From positions 506,981-570,980 of the forward strand of contig OZ250179.1 in the NCBI GenBank assembly GCA_965238125.1: DNA of 64,000 nucleotides, read 5' to 3'. Each line of letters starts with the position of its first letter. The stretch's first letter is position 1. A model generated the notes under the pieces. That model did no database searches. It saw only the letters and a list, made by a program, of their open reading frames with translations, and was not told the origin of the DNA. The translations under genes were made by a program, and so were the position numbers. Origin of the DNA: Bryobacterales bacterium (lineage in GTDB: Bacteria > Acidobacteriota > Terriglobia > Bryobacterales > UBA6623). This document shows, in pieces, positions 36,440-47,443 of this stretch.

Positions 36440-38104
36440 CCAGGATTTCCATTTTGGCCCTGGGACGGTGAAAGTATACACCCGCGCTGCCCCGAAGACC
36501 ACGTCTTTTCGCGCTGAACCCTGCACATGACCTCCGCCGGTAGGCGCCAGGGCTCGTCCATCCGCTCACAGACGTTGCTTGAGCGGGCTGAACGGCGCTC
36601 CGGCCGACACTGCTCCTTGCGAAACCTTTTGGAGCCGAAAACTGTTGATCCTCGCCCGGTCAACGCTACCCGCTTGGCAGCGGCAGCGCCCAGATCCTGT
36701 GCAGCATGTCGCCGAACAGCCTGCGGTTCAGATGCCCCTCGGCCGGCAGCAGCCAATAGTACCGCGCGTGCTTGACCAGCCTACCACCCGTCTTCATCAA
36801 CCTGTGTTGCAAACTCGTTAGCGACCAGCTTTTGATTCGTTGCGGTAGCCCTAGCCGTCGCCACAGGTTGCCCAGGTTGTAGGCCGGCACGCTGAGTTGC
36901 AGCCGTACCTCGTTGGCTCGGAAGCGGTGACACGACAAGCGGGTCCAGTGCGTGGCCTGTTTGCCTTCTTTGATCCACTGCTCCGCCGTGCCGCGCTTGT
37001 TGTAGAACCGTACGACCGAGCGGCTCGGCAAGGTCATGCTCGTCACGACAAATCCGACGCGCGGGAATAGTTCGCCCTGGTGATGCTCGACCTTGGCGAC
37101 AACTCGCCTTGCCTTCGACCAGCTCTCGGCCTGATAGCGAAAACTCTTGTAGCGCACTAGGGGCTTGGCGTTCGGCCTGCCCGGTGGCCGAAACAGGATG
37201 TCCTCGATCTCCAGCTCCAGGCTCTTGTTCGCCGGGATGCGAATCACGTAGTCCACGCCGCGCTCCTCCATCGCCTCGTAGATCTCGGGCTTGGCGAAGG
37301 CGGCGTCGGCGCGGAACGTCACCTGTTTGCCCTCCGCCTGTTGTCGTTCGATCTCCGGCAGTAGCAGCTCGTCCCAGTCCTCGGCGCTGTGCACGTTGCC
37401 GGGACGCAGCTTCGCGCCTAGGCAGTCGCCGTGCTGGTTGAACAGCAACAGCGGGTGATAGCAGAGGGACTCAAAATGGCCGTTGTAGGCACTGCCTTCC
37501 TGTTGGCCGTGGACGGGGCTCTCCGTGGAGTCCATGTCGAGCACCACGCGGTCTGAACCGTCGGGAGCTTCGGCTTGCGCGACCAGCTCCCGGTTCACTG
37601 CCATCAGCCCCAGCAAGTTCTCTTCGCTCGCCAGCATCTCCGTCTCGAAGCCATGCAGCGTCGAGGTCAAGGCTGCTCCGCGATCCCAGTTCCTCTTCGA
37701 GCCGATCAAGCGAAAGGTCGGATCGGCGGATACTCGAACGGCGTCATTGAGGTCCTCGTAGCCAGCGAGTCGGCTGTAGACCGACTGCCGCAGCAGATCG
37801 GCCAGCGCGAACTTCTTGTTCAAGCCTTGTCGCGAGTCGCTGAGATGCTCGTCGATCAGCTTCCCGAGTCCGAGTCGTTCATCCAGTTCGCGAACGAGAA
37901 TCAGACCGCCATCCGAGGTGACTCGCGATCCTTGGAAATCGACTTTGAGAAATCCATTGAACGTGAGCTGAAACGGCTTGTTTTCTTTTTCACCCATCGG
38001 GTGTTGACCTCCATGGCGTCCTTATCGGGCTCTAGCCCCTATCAATAAAGACGCTGAAGGTCGCTGGATGGTCTGAAGCTCATACATCAAATTGAAAATG
38101 CGGG
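36440..38104 (-). mobile_element. IS1380-family insertion sequence, copy 5 (subtype B); its left end forms one boundary of the 9.6-kb unit
   Basis: Right end at 36440 and left end at 38104. Its own flanks (TCTAA and GTAAG) differ. It lies 319 bp from copy 4 in direct orientation. Confidence 0.85.
36666..37997 (-). CDS. IS1380-family DDE transposase (443 aa, subtype B variant)
   Basis: Same protein with a few substitutions (TSMTLPS, YWLLPAEGHL, ALPLPSG). Confidence 0.9.
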   Translation of the reverse strand: MGEKENKPFQLTFNGFLKVDFQGSRVTSDGGLILVRELDERLGLGKLIDEHLSDSRQGLNKKFALADLLRQSVYSRLAGYEDLNDAVRVSADPTFRLIGSKRNWDRGAALTSTLHGFETEMLASEENLLGLMAVNRELVAQAEAPDGSDRVVLDMDSTESPVHGQQEGSAYNGHFESLCYHPLLLFNQHGDCLGAKLRPGNVHSAEDWDELLLPEIERQQAEGKQVTFRADAAFAKPEIYEAMEERGVDYVIRIPANKSLELEIEDILFRPPGRPNAKPLVRYKSFRYQAESWSKARRVVAKVEHHQGELFPRVGFVVTSMTLPSRSVVRFYNKRGTAEQWIKEGKQATHWTRLSCHRFRANEVRLQLSVPAYNLGNLWRRLGLPQRIKSWSLTSLQHRLMKTGGRLVKHARYYWLLPAEGHLNRRLFGDMLHRIWALPLPSG

Positions 38105-38975
38105 GTAAGACCCGAGCGTTGCCGCCCTGATGGCAATTCATGCAGATGCCTTCGGCGATGCGCGCGGGCATTTTCAATGGGTGAACGATGGTCAAGTCAA
38201 CAGCTTCGTCGGACTCGAGTTGTGCGAGGCGTTTGTTGACGTGCAGCTTTCCGGGTCCGTGGCAATTTTCGCAGCCGATCGCCAGCTCCTCAAACGGCGG
38301 GTCGCGATAGAGCCCGTCACGGTCTTTGACCGACATCGGGCGACCCGCGTGGCAAGCCAGGCAGGCGGCATGGATGGGACGGTTGAAACCGATATCGACA
38401 AACTCGTAGCCGGGCGAGAGAGCCCACTTCTTGGCACGCGAGTAGTACGACAGCGGCGCCTCGAATAGGTGATCGCCGCGCCGAACGATATAGGTCACGC
38501 CGTTGACGCCTGAGCCGACGGCGTATGCGACCTTGTGGACATTCTCAAAGGTCTTCGCGCCCGACTCGCCAAGGGCGTACTCGGATTGGTACAGCTCGCC
38601 GTCCTGGCGGAAGATGTCGAAATAGCGATCGAGCTTCTCGCTGTGAACGGTAATGCGCTCGGGCGCCGGTGCGTGATGGGCCTCGGCCGCCAGCGCCATC
38701 GAACGGCCCATCGCCATCCGACGGTAGTTGTTGTAGACGTCTTCGTGGCACCCGCGGCAGGCTTCCGAACCGACATAGGGAACGTCAAGGGCGGTGTTGA
38801 GGAACTCGGGCGGCGGCGGGGGCTTCTCAGCTCCATGACCAGAGGCGGCGAGGAGGAACAGTGCGGTGGCCAAGTGAGCGGTAAGCGCGCTCGTGGGGGT
38901 ACAGCTCCACCGACTCGGGGCCTGGGAGCGATCACGGACGGTGTAACTATCCGTCGATCTCACCGTACTCATCAT
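38105..38975 (-). pseudogene. Multihaem cytochrome c, N-terminal fragment (four CxxCH)
   Basis: Probable start MMSTVRS... with a signal-like LATALFLLAASGHGA. Haem motifs: CRGCHEDV, CLACHAG, CENCHGPG, CMNCHQGG. The reading frame runs straight into the IS1380 left end at 38104. The track ORF is 38022..39110. Confidence 0.7.
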
Positions 38976-39169
38976 CCGGTGTCGTCGGGCTTTGGTGCAA
39001 CCTGCCGAGGGCGCGACGTCACCGCACACGCCGGCACCTCTTGCGGGCCGATCGCCGTGGCGACATCCGAGATGTTGTAGCCCAATGATAATGTCCCCAT
39101 GAGCGCCCAATAGAAATGTCCCCTAATCTAGGGCTTCGAAAGGAGGAGCCGAGATTGGGAAGGACAAGG

Positions 39170-40228
39170 ATGAATCCGAAGGAGATAAGGCGCGGCGAAG
39201 TGCTGAGCCGAGTGAAACGAGGCGAACTGAAGCTGGCGGAGGCGGCCGTGCTGCTGGAGGTCAGCTACCGCCAAGCGAAGCGTCTCAAGAAGCGTTACCG
39301 CGAAGGCGGGGCCAAAGCCCTGGTGCATGGCAACGTCGGTCGCTCGTCGAACCGAGCGGATGCCAAGCGGCGCGAGCAGGTTCTCGAGTTGGTGCGCAAC
39401 CACTATTCAGGCGAGCCGCACGAGCGCTTTGGCCCGGCGTTGGCGTCGGAACACCTGGAGGCCGACCACGGCATCAAAGTGCCGCGCGAAACCCTTACGG
39501 CGCTGGATGTTGGGGGCGGGTCTGTGGAGCCGGAGACGCAAGCGTAAACCACACCACACCAGACGCCAACGCCGCGCTCACTTCGGTGAGCTGATTCAAC
39601 TGGACGGCTCGCACCACGATTGGCTGGAGCAACGCGGCCCGAAAGGCTGTCTGATGAACTTTGTCGACGATGCGAGCGGCTTGCCGCTTTTCAGCACAGG
39701 AAACGACCTGGGCGGCGGCTGATTTATTGGAAGCGTGGGTGCGTCAATACGGCGTTCCCCAGGCGTTGTACTGTGATTGGAAGAACGTCTACAAGCGTAA
39801 GCCGACATCGTGCGAACAGATGGAAGGCATTGAGCCCGAGACACAGTTCGGACGCATGTGCCGGAAGCTGGACATTCGCATCATCGCCGCTTCGTCGCCG
39901 CAAGCAAAAGGTCGAGTGGAGCGCCATCACGGCACGCATCAAGACCGCCTGATCAAGAAGATGCGGCTCGAAGGCATTGCCGATTACGAGGCGGCGAACC
40001 GCTACCTCGACGAGCGATACCTGGAGGAACACAACGCCAAGTTCGGCTGTGATCCGGCGTCGGGCGCGGACTTTCATCGGCGTCTATCGAAGCGAGTGGA
40101 CTTGAAGTGGGTGTTTTGTTTGGAGGCCGAGCGGGTGGTTGCCAACGATCTGGTGGTGCGTTTTGAGAGCCGTTTTTTGCAGTTGAAGCCGAAGCGCAAT
40201 CAGGGCTTGGGGGCGGCGGCGCGGGTGA
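39170..40228 (+). pseudogene. ISNCY-like (HTH plus rve integrase-core) transposase, two frameshifts and 3'-truncated
   Basis: Three track ORFs in three frames. MNPKEIRRGEVLSRVKRGELKLAEAAVLLEVSYRQAKRLKKRYREGGAKALVHGNVGRSSNR...; LRRWMLGAGLWSRRRKRKPHHTRRQRRAHFGELIQLDGSHHDWLEQRGPKGCLMNFVDDASG; ...RFSAQETTWAAADLLEAWVRQYGVPQALYCDWKNVY...GRVERHHGTHQDRL... The shifts are near 39490 and 39680. The sequence ends abruptly against IS1380 copy 6 at 40228/40229. Confidence 0.6.
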
Positions 40229-40927
40229 CGGTTCAGATGCCCCTCGGCCGGCAGCAGCCAATAGTACCGCGCGTGCTTGACCAGCCTACCACCCGTCTTC
40301 ATCAACCTGTGTTGCAAACTCGTTAGCGACCAGCTTTTGATTCGTTGCGGCAGCCCTAGCCGTCGCCACAGGTTGCCCAGGTTGTAGGCCGGCACGCTGA
40401 GTTGCAGCCGTACCTCGTTGGCTCGGAAGCGGTGACACGACAAGCGGGTCCAGTGCGTGGCCTGTTTGCCTTCTTTGATCCACTGCTCCGCCGTGCCGCG
40501 CTTGTTGTAGAACCGCACGACCGAGCGGCTCGGCAAGCTCATGCTCGTCACGACAAATCCGACGCGCGGGAATAGTTCGCCCTGGTGATGCTCGACCTTG
40601 GCGACAACTCGCCTTGCCTTCGACCAGCTCTCGGCCTGATAGCGAAAACTCTTGTAGCGCACTAGGGGCTTGGCGTTCGGCCTGCCCGGTGGCCGAAACA
40701 GGATGTCCTCGATCTCCAGCTCCAGGCTCTTGTTCGCCGGGATGCGAATCACGTAGTCCACGCCGCGCTCCTCCATCGCCTCGTAGATCTCGGGCTTGGC
40801 GAAGGCGGCGTCGGCGCGGAACGTCACCTGTTTGCCCTCCGCCTGTTGTCGTTCGATCTCCGGCAGTAGCAGCTCGTCCCAGTCCTCGGCGCTGTGCACG
40901 TTGCCGGGACGCAGCTTCGCGCCTAGG

Positions 40928-42507
40928 AGTCTGTCCGAGTATTCATTATCTTCTTGGAGAAAAAACAAAAGTGGGGGATAATGGTTTATGGGCAAAACCT
41001 ACCGGGCCTACCTTCCCGAGCAGAAACTGCTGCTGCCTCCCAGTTTGCAGGATTGGCTGCCCGAAAACCACCTCGTCTATTTCGTCAACGACCTCGTTGA
41101 TCAACTGGATTTGTCGGCCATCGAGAAGGTCTATGAAAGGGAGCAGCGCGGGCAGCCGCCTTATCATCCGCGGCTGATGGTCAAACTGCTGCTCTACGGC
41201 TATTGCCTGGGCGTGCGCTCCTCGCGCCGGATCGCCCGGCGGCTGGTCGAGGACGTAGCCTTTCGCGTGTTGGCGGCCGGCAACCAGCCCGACTTCCGCA
41301 CGATCTCGGATTTTCGCAAGATCCACCTGGAAGCCCTCGAGGGGCTGTTCCAACAAGTGTTGCGGGTGGCGCTCGAGAGCGGGGCGATGAAGCTGGGTCG
41401 GGTGGCGCTCGACGGCACGAAGATGAAGGCCAACGCCTCCAAGCACAAGGCCATGAGTTACGGGCGGATCCAGCACAGCGAGCCACAGTTGGCGGCCGAG
41501 GTGAAGCAAATGTTGGCCGAAGCCGAAGCAGTCGACGCGGCGGAGGACGCGCGCTACGGGGCCGAGAAGCCGGGCGACGAATTGCCCGAGGAGTTGCAAC
41601 GCCGGCAGACGCGGCTGGAGAAGATTCGCCAAGCCAAGCAGGCGCTGGAGCAACGAGCGAAGCAACGGGCGCAACAGCAAGCCGCCGCCGCGGGTCGCTG
41701 TGACGAGCTGGCGCGGCAAGCCGAACCGCGCGACAAAGATCAATACAATTTCACCGATCCGGAGTCGCGCATTATGAAAAGCGGCGACGGGTTCGTGCAG
41801 GGCTACAACGCACAGGCGGCGGTCGAGAGCGTGGCGCAATTGATTGTCGGGCAGACGCTGACCGAGGCGGCGAACGACAAAGAGCAACTGGCGCCGTTGG
41901 TGGAAGCGGTCGAGCGGCAGTCGGGGCAACGGCCCGACGAAGTGTTGGCCGACAGCGGCTATTGTTCGGAGAAGAACTTGGAATCGTTGGAAGCGCCCGA
42001 GAAGCCTGAGCAAAAGATCGAAGCGTATATTGCCGCCCAGAGACACCGGCGCGGACAACGGGCGTCGCCGCCGCGGGGGCGGATCCCGAGCCACCTCACG
42101 CGAGTCGAGCGGATGGAGCGCAAGTTACGGACGAAAGCGGGAGCGAAGATGTACGCGCAACGCAAAGGGATCGTGGAGCCGATATTCGGACAGATTAAAC
42201 AAGCCCGCGGGATTCGTCAATTTTTGTTGCGGGGGTTGAAGAAAGTGCGGGGCGAGTGGGCCTTGGTGTGCTTGACGCACAATATTTTGAAGATGCACGG
42301 GCTGTGTGGCGGAGCGTGATGGAGAAAAACCGGGAAGGGGGCGCCGGCGAGGCGCATGGAGGGCTCTGGAAGCCGTTTTGGGCGGCCCGCGCGGTTTGTT
42401 TGTGGCGCCCGGCGGTCGACGAGCCTTCCGCGCCCGTGCGTCGCTGACCTCGGCGCCCGAATCTCCCGCCCTGCCGGAACTGTGCCAAGTTGTTACTCGG
42501 ACAGACT
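40928..42507 (+). mobile_element. IS1182-family insertion sequence (about 1.58 kb) nested in IS1380 copy 6
   Basis: Perfect terminal inverted repeat AGTCTGTCCGAGTA...TACTCGGACAGACT (extendable to GGAGTCTG.../...CAGACTCC). The target CCTAGG is present on both sides (40922-40927 and 42508-42513), so the true duplication is 2-6 bp centred on CTAG. Confidence 0.85.
40988..42319 (+). CDS. IS1182-family transposase (443 aa)
   Basis: MGKTYRAYLPEQKLLLPPSLQDWLPENHLVYFVNDLVDQLDLSAI...PPYHPRLMVKLLLYGYCLGVRSSRRIARRLVEDVAFRVLAAGNQPDFRTISDFRKIHLEALEGLF...LDGTKMKANASKHKAMSYGR...C-terminal GIVEPIFGQIKQARGIRQFLLRGLKKVRGEWALVCLTHNILKM. Confidence 0.9.
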   Translation: MGKTYRAYLPEQKLLLPPSLQDWLPENHLVYFVNDLVDQLDLSAIEKVYEREQRGQPPYHPRLMVKLLLYGYCLGVRSSRRIARRLVEDVAFRVLAAGNQPDFRTISDFRKIHLEALEGLFQQVLRVALESGAMKLGRVALDGTKMKANASKHKAMSYGRIQHSEPQLAAEVKQMLAEAEAVDAAEDARYGAEKPGDELPEELQRRQTRLEKIRQAKQALEQRAKQRAQQQAAAAGRCDELARQAEPRDKDQYNFTDPESRIMKSGDGFVQGYNAQAAVESVAQLIVGQTLTEAANDKEQLAPLVEAVERQSGQRPDEVLADSGYCSEKNLESLEAPEKPEQKIEAYIAAQRHRRGQRASPPRGRIPSHLTRVERMERKLRTKAGAKMYAQRKGIVEPIFGQIKQARGIRQFLLRGLKKVRGEWALVCLTHNILKMHGLCGGA

Positions 42508-43312
42508 CCTAGGCAGTCGCCGTGCTGGTTGAACAGCAACAGCGAGTGGTAGCAGACCGACTCGAAGTGTCCGTTGTAGGCACTGCCTTCCTGTTGGCCG
42601 TGGACGGGGCTCTCCGTGGAGTCCATGTCGAGCACCACGCGGTCTGAACCGTCGGGAGCTTCGGCTTGCGCGACCAGCTCCCGGTTCACTGCCATCAGCC
42701 CCAGCAAGTTCTCTTCGCTCGCCAGCATCTCCGTCTCGAAGCCATGCAGCGTCGAGGTCAAGACTGCTCCGCGATCCCAGTTCCTCTTCGAGCCGATCAA
42801 GCGAAAGGTCGGATCGGCGGATACTCGAACGGCGTCATTGAGGTCCTCGTAGCCAGCGAGTCGGCTGTAGACCGACTGCCGCAGCAGATCGGCCAGCGCG
42901 AACTTCTTGTTCAAGCCTTGTCGCGAGTCGCTGAGATGCTCGTCGATCAGCTTCCCGAGTCCGAGTCGTTCATCCAGTTCGCGAACGAGAATCAGACCGC
43001 CATCCGAGGTGACTCGCGATCCTTGGAAATCGACTTTGAGAAATCCATTGAACGTGAGCTGAAACGGCTTGTTTTCTTTTTCACCCATCGGGTGTTGACC
43101 TCCATGGCGTCCTTATCGGGCTCTAGCCCCTATCAATAAAGACGCTGAAGGTCGCTGGATGGTCTGAAGCTCATACATCAAATTGAAAATGCGGGCTTAG
43201 AGAAGTCGCCCCCGTGACGGACTAAGGTTTTTCCCTCATGGCGCTGGCGCGGCCCGTTGTCTAACGCACGGCGCGCGAGGGGACGCTTTGTTATGATGAC
43301 CGCGTTCGTACC

Positions 43313-44704
43313 TTGGAGAGCCACCTCGTGTCCACTCGTCACTTTGTTCGCAAGTTCCTTGTAATCAGTTCGATGTTCGTCCTCGGGACGGCCTTCGTCG
43401 GGGCCGGGGAAGCCTCGGAAAACTGGCCGCAATGGCGCGGGCCCAACCTCAACGGCGCCGCTTCCTCCTCCAGCTCGCCGCCGGTACGGTGGAGTGAAAC
43501 CGAGAACGTCGTTTGGCGCGCCGAGCTGCCGAGTTGGAGCGCGGCGACTCCGATCGTTTGGGGAGACACCGTTTTCGTCACTTCGGCGGCAGAGGGATTC
43601 ACCGATCCGAAAGGCTGCGGCTTTCTCGGCGCCGCGCTCAACCGCATCGCCTCGGCGATGAATTTCGAAGACGAGTTGCTGCTCGTTGCGCTCAACCGCA
43701 AAGACGGATCGATTCGTTGGAAGCGCGTAACCGGAGCCGGCAACAAGATCCTGTTCAAACAGAACATGGCTTCGCCTTCGCCTGTCACCGACGGCAAATA
43801 TGTGTGGATCATGACCGGCGTCGGCGTGCTGACCTGCTTCGACTTCGCGGGCAAGCAAATCTGGCAGCGCGACATCCCAAAAGACTACGGCGAGTTCGGA
43901 TTGAACTGGGGCTACGCGTCATCTCCCCTGCTTCACGAGGGGCGTTTGTACATCCAGGTGCTGCACGGCATGCAGACTGACGAGCCGTCCTATGTCTTCG
44001 CCGTCGACGGATCAACTGGGAAAACGATTTGGAAAGTCGACCGGCCGACTGACGCGCGGCGCGAATCCCCCGATGCCTACTCGACGCCGATGCTTGCCGC
44101 CGCCGCCGACAAATTGCAGTTAATCATCACCGGCGGAGATTACCTGACCGGCCATGATCTTGAAACCGGCCGGGAGCTTTGGCGCGGCGGCGGGTTGAAC
44201 CCGGCGAAAGCCGGTAACTATCGAACGATCGCTTCGGCCCTGGTCGTCGGAGACGTCATTTTCGCCCCCGGCCGGCGCAAGCCCCTGATCGCCTTCCGCT
44301 CCGGCGGCAGCGGCAACGTGACCTCCTCGCATCGGCTGTGGTCGACCGACTACGGACCGGACGTACCGACCCCCACCAGCGACGGCGAGCGCGTCTACAT
44401 TGTCGACGACAAGGGCATTGCGCTATGCCTGCGCGTTGAAAACGGCGCTGTCGTATGGAACCGCAGCCGCCTCGAACCCGGCACCTACAGCGCCTCGCCC
44501 GTGTTGGCGGACGGCAAGGTCTACGCCACCAACGAGGACGGAACCACCACCGTTTTCGCCGCCGGGGACGAGTTCAAGATCCTCAGCGTCAACAAACTTG
44601 ATCAATACACGCTCTCCTCGCCGGCCGTCGCGGGGAACCAAATTTTCATTCGCGCCGGGAATTATCTCTACTGTCTGGCGAAGAAGACGGGCCGGAGTGA
44701 TTAG
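43313..44704 (+). CDS. PQQ-like/BamB-like beta-propeller repeat protein, secreted
   Basis: 463 aa: signal-like FLVISSMFVLGTAFVGAGEA, ENWPQWRGPNLNGA, and repeated ...W....G.....P.v.g..v.v motifs. Start is TTG at 43313 or GTG at 43328. Confidence 0.8.
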   Translation: MESHLVSTRHFVRKFLVISSMFVLGTAFVGAGEASENWPQWRGPNLNGAASSSSSPPVRWSETENVVWRAELPSWSAATPIVWGDTVFVTSAAEGFTDPKGCGFLGAALNRIASAMNFEDELLLVALNRKDGSIRWKRVTGAGNKILFKQNMASPSPVTDGKYVWIMTGVGVLTCFDFAGKQIWQRDIPKDYGEFGLNWGYASSPLLHEGRLYIQVLHGMQTDEPSYVFAVDGSTGKTIWKVDRPTDARRESPDAYSTPMLAAAADKLQLIITGGDYLTGHDLETGRELWRGGGLNPAKAGNYRTIASALVVGDVIFAPGRRKPLIAFRSGGSGNVTSSHRLWSTDYGPDVPTPTSDGERVYIVDDKGIALCLRVENGAVVWNRSRLEPGTYSASPVLADGKVYATNEDGTTTVFAAGDEFKILSVNKLDQYTLSSPAVAGNQIFIRAGNYLYCLAKKTGRSD

Positions 44705-44839
44705 TCTGTAGTCCTCCAATATCGGCTCCCTCCCGCGGCCGTCGTGCTTACGCCGGCAGCGACGACTGCCCCGCCGTTTTGTGAGATAAATAGGAACCGC
44801 ATTTGCGGCGGTGCGGCCCCGCCAAACGGGCGGCGACCA

Positions 44840-46300
44840 ATGCTGTTCAACTCGTTTTCGTTCTTGGCGTTCTTCGCGGTTCTCGCGATTGTCTACTACG
44901 GGGTCCCGGAGCGCTTTCGTTGGGGGCTGCTGTTGGCCGCGAGCTTGTACTTCTATGCGGCGTTTCGGGTGGATTACATTTTCTTGCTGCTTGGGGTAAC
45001 GGCGGCGGCTTTCTACGGGGGCAAGGCGATTGTCGCGTCGCACGATGCGAAGCGGGGCCGCTTGGTTTTCGCCGCGGGCGTGAGTGCCGTGCTGGGCGCC
45101 CTGGTCGTCTTCAAGTACTTCGATTTCGCGGCCGGGGTTGTGGAAGACCTTCTCGCCGTTTTCGGCCGGTCGGACGCCGCGTCGCTCCCCAGGCTCGGAG
45201 TACCGGCGGCCACCGGCTTGTCGTTCTTCACCTTCTCGGCGGTGAGTTACCTAGCCGATGTCTACAACGGGCGGCTGGGAGTCGAGCGGCATCCGGGACG
45301 CTTTGCCCTCTATGTTTCGTTCTTCCCGAAACTGTTGGCGGGGCCGATCGAGCGCGCGGGCCCCTTCCTAAAGCAGGTCGCGCGACCGGCGGCCTTCAGC
45401 ACCGCGGGCGTGACCAGCGGCTTGCAACTCATCCTATGGGGACTCTTCAAGAAAGTCGTCATCGCCGACCGGCTTGCGGTCTTTGTCGACGCGGCGTACG
45501 CACAACCGGCCTTTGCGTCTCCGGCCGATTTGGTGATCGCGACGTATTTTTTCGCCTTTCAGTTGTACTGCGATTTTTCCGGCTATTCCGACATCGCCAT
45601 CGGCGCCGCGAAAGTCCTCGGCATCGACTTGATGGAGAACTTTCGGCGGCCCTACCTCTCGACTTCGGTGGGCAAATTCTGGGCTAGCCGCTGGCACCTC
45701 TCCTTGGCCGGCTGGTTTCGCGACTACGTCTATATCCCGCTCGGCGGCAGCCGCTGCTCGACCCCGCGGCGTTACGCCAACGTCATGGGCGTCTTCCTTG
45801 TCAGCGGGCTGTGGCACGGCGCCGACTGGACGTTCGTCATCTGGGGCGGGCTCAATGGCCTGTATCAGGTGATTTCGCTGATGACCGATTCACTTCGACG
45901 GAGACTGCGGCCTCACGCCTCGTCCACGCCGCCGGGCTTGTCGGGGATTGCCGCGCTCTGGCGGGCCGCCCTCACTTTCCACCTGATCCTAGTCACGTGG
46001 ATCTTCTTCCGGGCCGAATCGCTGCCGGACGCCGTGACGATTCTCTCGAGGGTCACCGCGTCGGCGATGGAGCTGCCGCGGCTTCTCTATGTACGGCTCA
46101 GCGGCGGCGAAGTGTTGTTTTCGGTTGCGCTGGTGGCTGTTCTGTTAGCGGTCGAGGCGCTGGACGACCGACGTTCCATATGGAAACGGCTCGAAAGCCG
46201 TCCGCGCTACCAACGTTGGGCGGTGTACTACGCGTGGCTGATCGCGTTGGTTGTATTGGGTGTCTGGAATCAGCAACAGTTTGTTTATATGCAGTTTTAG
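44840..46300 (+). CDS. MBOAT-family O-acyltransferase (AlgI/DltB-like)
   Basis: MLFNSFSFLAFFAVLAIVYY..., ...FWASRWHLSLAGWFRDYVYIPLGGSR..., ...SGLWHGA. The track ORF starts 32 codons earlier at 44744. Confidence 0.9.
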   Translation: MLFNSFSFLAFFAVLAIVYYGVPERFRWGLLLAASLYFYAAFRVDYIFLLLGVTAAAFYGGKAIVASHDAKRGRLVFAAGVSAVLGALVVFKYFDFAAGVVEDLLAVFGRSDAASLPRLGVPAATGLSFFTFSAVSYLADVYNGRLGVERHPGRFALYVSFFPKLLAGPIERAGPFLKQVARPAAFSTAGVTSGLQLILWGLFKKVVIADRLAVFVDAAYAQPAFASPADLVIATYFFAFQLYCDFSGYSDIAIGAAKVLGIDLMENFRRPYLSTSVGKFWASRWHLSLAGWFRDYVYIPLGGSRCSTPRRYANVMGVFLVSGLWHGADWTFVIWGGLNGLYQVISLMTDSLRRRLRPHASSTPPGLSGIAALWRAALTFHLILVTWIFFRAESLPDAVTILSRVTASAMELPRLLYVRLSGGEVLFSVALVAVLLAVEALDDRRSIWKRLESRPRYQRWAVYYAWLIALVVLGVWNQQQFVYMQF

Positions 46301-46310
46301 CGCTTGCGGA

Positions 46311-47339
46311 ATGTCCATGACGGAAAATTCTCACACCCAGCCCGAAAGCGACGGGCGTCCGCCGGAGGCCCCGGGGGAGAGGGTTTCCGAGCCGGTCCGG
46401 TTCTTGCGCTCGGCCGTCGGGTTCGCGGCCGTCGGGTTGCTTCTCTACGGCGCGCTCTATGTGGCTTCCGAGCGCTTGATCGACCGCTACGCCCAACGCA
46501 ACCGCTTTTTCCTGGTCAACACGGCTCCGCGGACCGACTACGACCACGTCATTCTCGGGGCGTCGCACGCCGTCGTGATGGACGCCCGCGACATGAACGC
46601 CCGGCTGGAGGAAATGACCGGGCGGACGATCCTAAACCTGGCAACCGTCGGCGCGGGCGTCACAGTTAACGAGCTGCTGCTCGACTACTTTCTCGCCGAC
46701 CACGAAACACGCGCCATCGTCTATGTGCTCGATTCCTTTGGCTTCTATTCCCGCCAGTGGAATGAAGAACGCCTGCGGGACACGCGATTGTTTCTCCGTG
46801 CGCCTTGGGACCCAACGCTCGCCCGCTTGCTGCTCGCCACGCCGCCGGCACGGCCGGCCGCAATCGACTACATCACCGGGTTTTCAAAAATCAACAACGC
46901 GGATCGCTTCGAGCCGGACCTGCATGAGCAGGAGGGCCCGCGTTTCGAGCGAGCCTACCGCCCCGTCGAGCAGATCGACCGCCACCGGATCGCGTACTTA
47001 TATGCCGGTGCAATTGACACACAGAGCCTCGCGACGAGCCCCTACTTCGCCCGGTTCGAGGATTGGATCGGCGAGTTGCAGTCGCGCGGCATCCGGTTCC
47101 TGATCGTGCGGCCGCCGATTCCCGCGCGCATCAGAGCCATGATCCCCAACGAAGCCGCATTCGACCGCGCATTGAAAGCCCTGGCGGCGCGCCGGCAAAT
47201 CACTCTGGATGACTTTTCGACGGTCAATAATCAGGAAGAATTCTTCTTCGACAGCGACCATCTCAATCATGACGGCGTGCTGAGCTTCTTTGAGAACCAT
47301 CTGGCGGCGGTGCTGAGGGCGGCGGGAGAAGACCATTGA
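46311..47339 (+). CDS. Membrane-anchored accessory protein partnered with the MBOAT (DltD/AlgJ-like position)
   Basis: 342-aa ORF starting at the ATG at 46311, 11 nt after the MBOAT stop. One N-terminal TM helix (AVGFAAVGLLLYGALYV). The C-terminal ...DSDHLNHDGV... is reminiscent of SGNH/DltD-type partners. The family call is tentative. Confidence 0.6.
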   Translation: MSMTENSHTQPESDGRPPEAPGERVSEPVRFLRSAVGFAAVGLLLYGALYVASERLIDRYAQRNRFFLVNTAPRTDYDHVILGASHAVVMDARDMNARLEEMTGRTILNLATVGAGVTVNELLLDYFLADHETRAIVYVLDSFGFYSRQWNEERLRDTRLFLRAPWDPTLARLLLATPPARPAAIDYITGFSKINNADRFEPDLHEQEGPRFERAYRPVEQIDRHRIAYLYAGAIDTQSLATSPYFARFEDWIGELQSRGIRFLIVRPPIPARIRAMIPNEAAFDRALKALAARRQITLDDFSTVNNQEEFFFDSDHLNHDGVLSFFENHLAAVLRAAGEDH

Positions 47340-47443
47340 AGCGGCCGAAACAGCCTCCCGGCATCCCCCGTTCCCTTCGCATTCGCTTCGGGCCGTGTCC
47401 GCCAAATCCTGTGTTAGTCTCAAAATGACAGCCCGAAAAACTC

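Larger units (their letters stand above)
40229..43195 (-). mobile_element. IS1380-family copy 6 (subtype B): right end deleted, interior interrupted by an IS1182-family element
   Basis: The left end GCGGG is at 43191-43195. The transposase N-terminal part is 43088->42508 and the C-terminal part 40927->40229. Homology to the other copies stops at 40229 (...GHLNR), so the last ~20 codons and the ~225-bp 3' region are missing. Confidence 0.8.
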
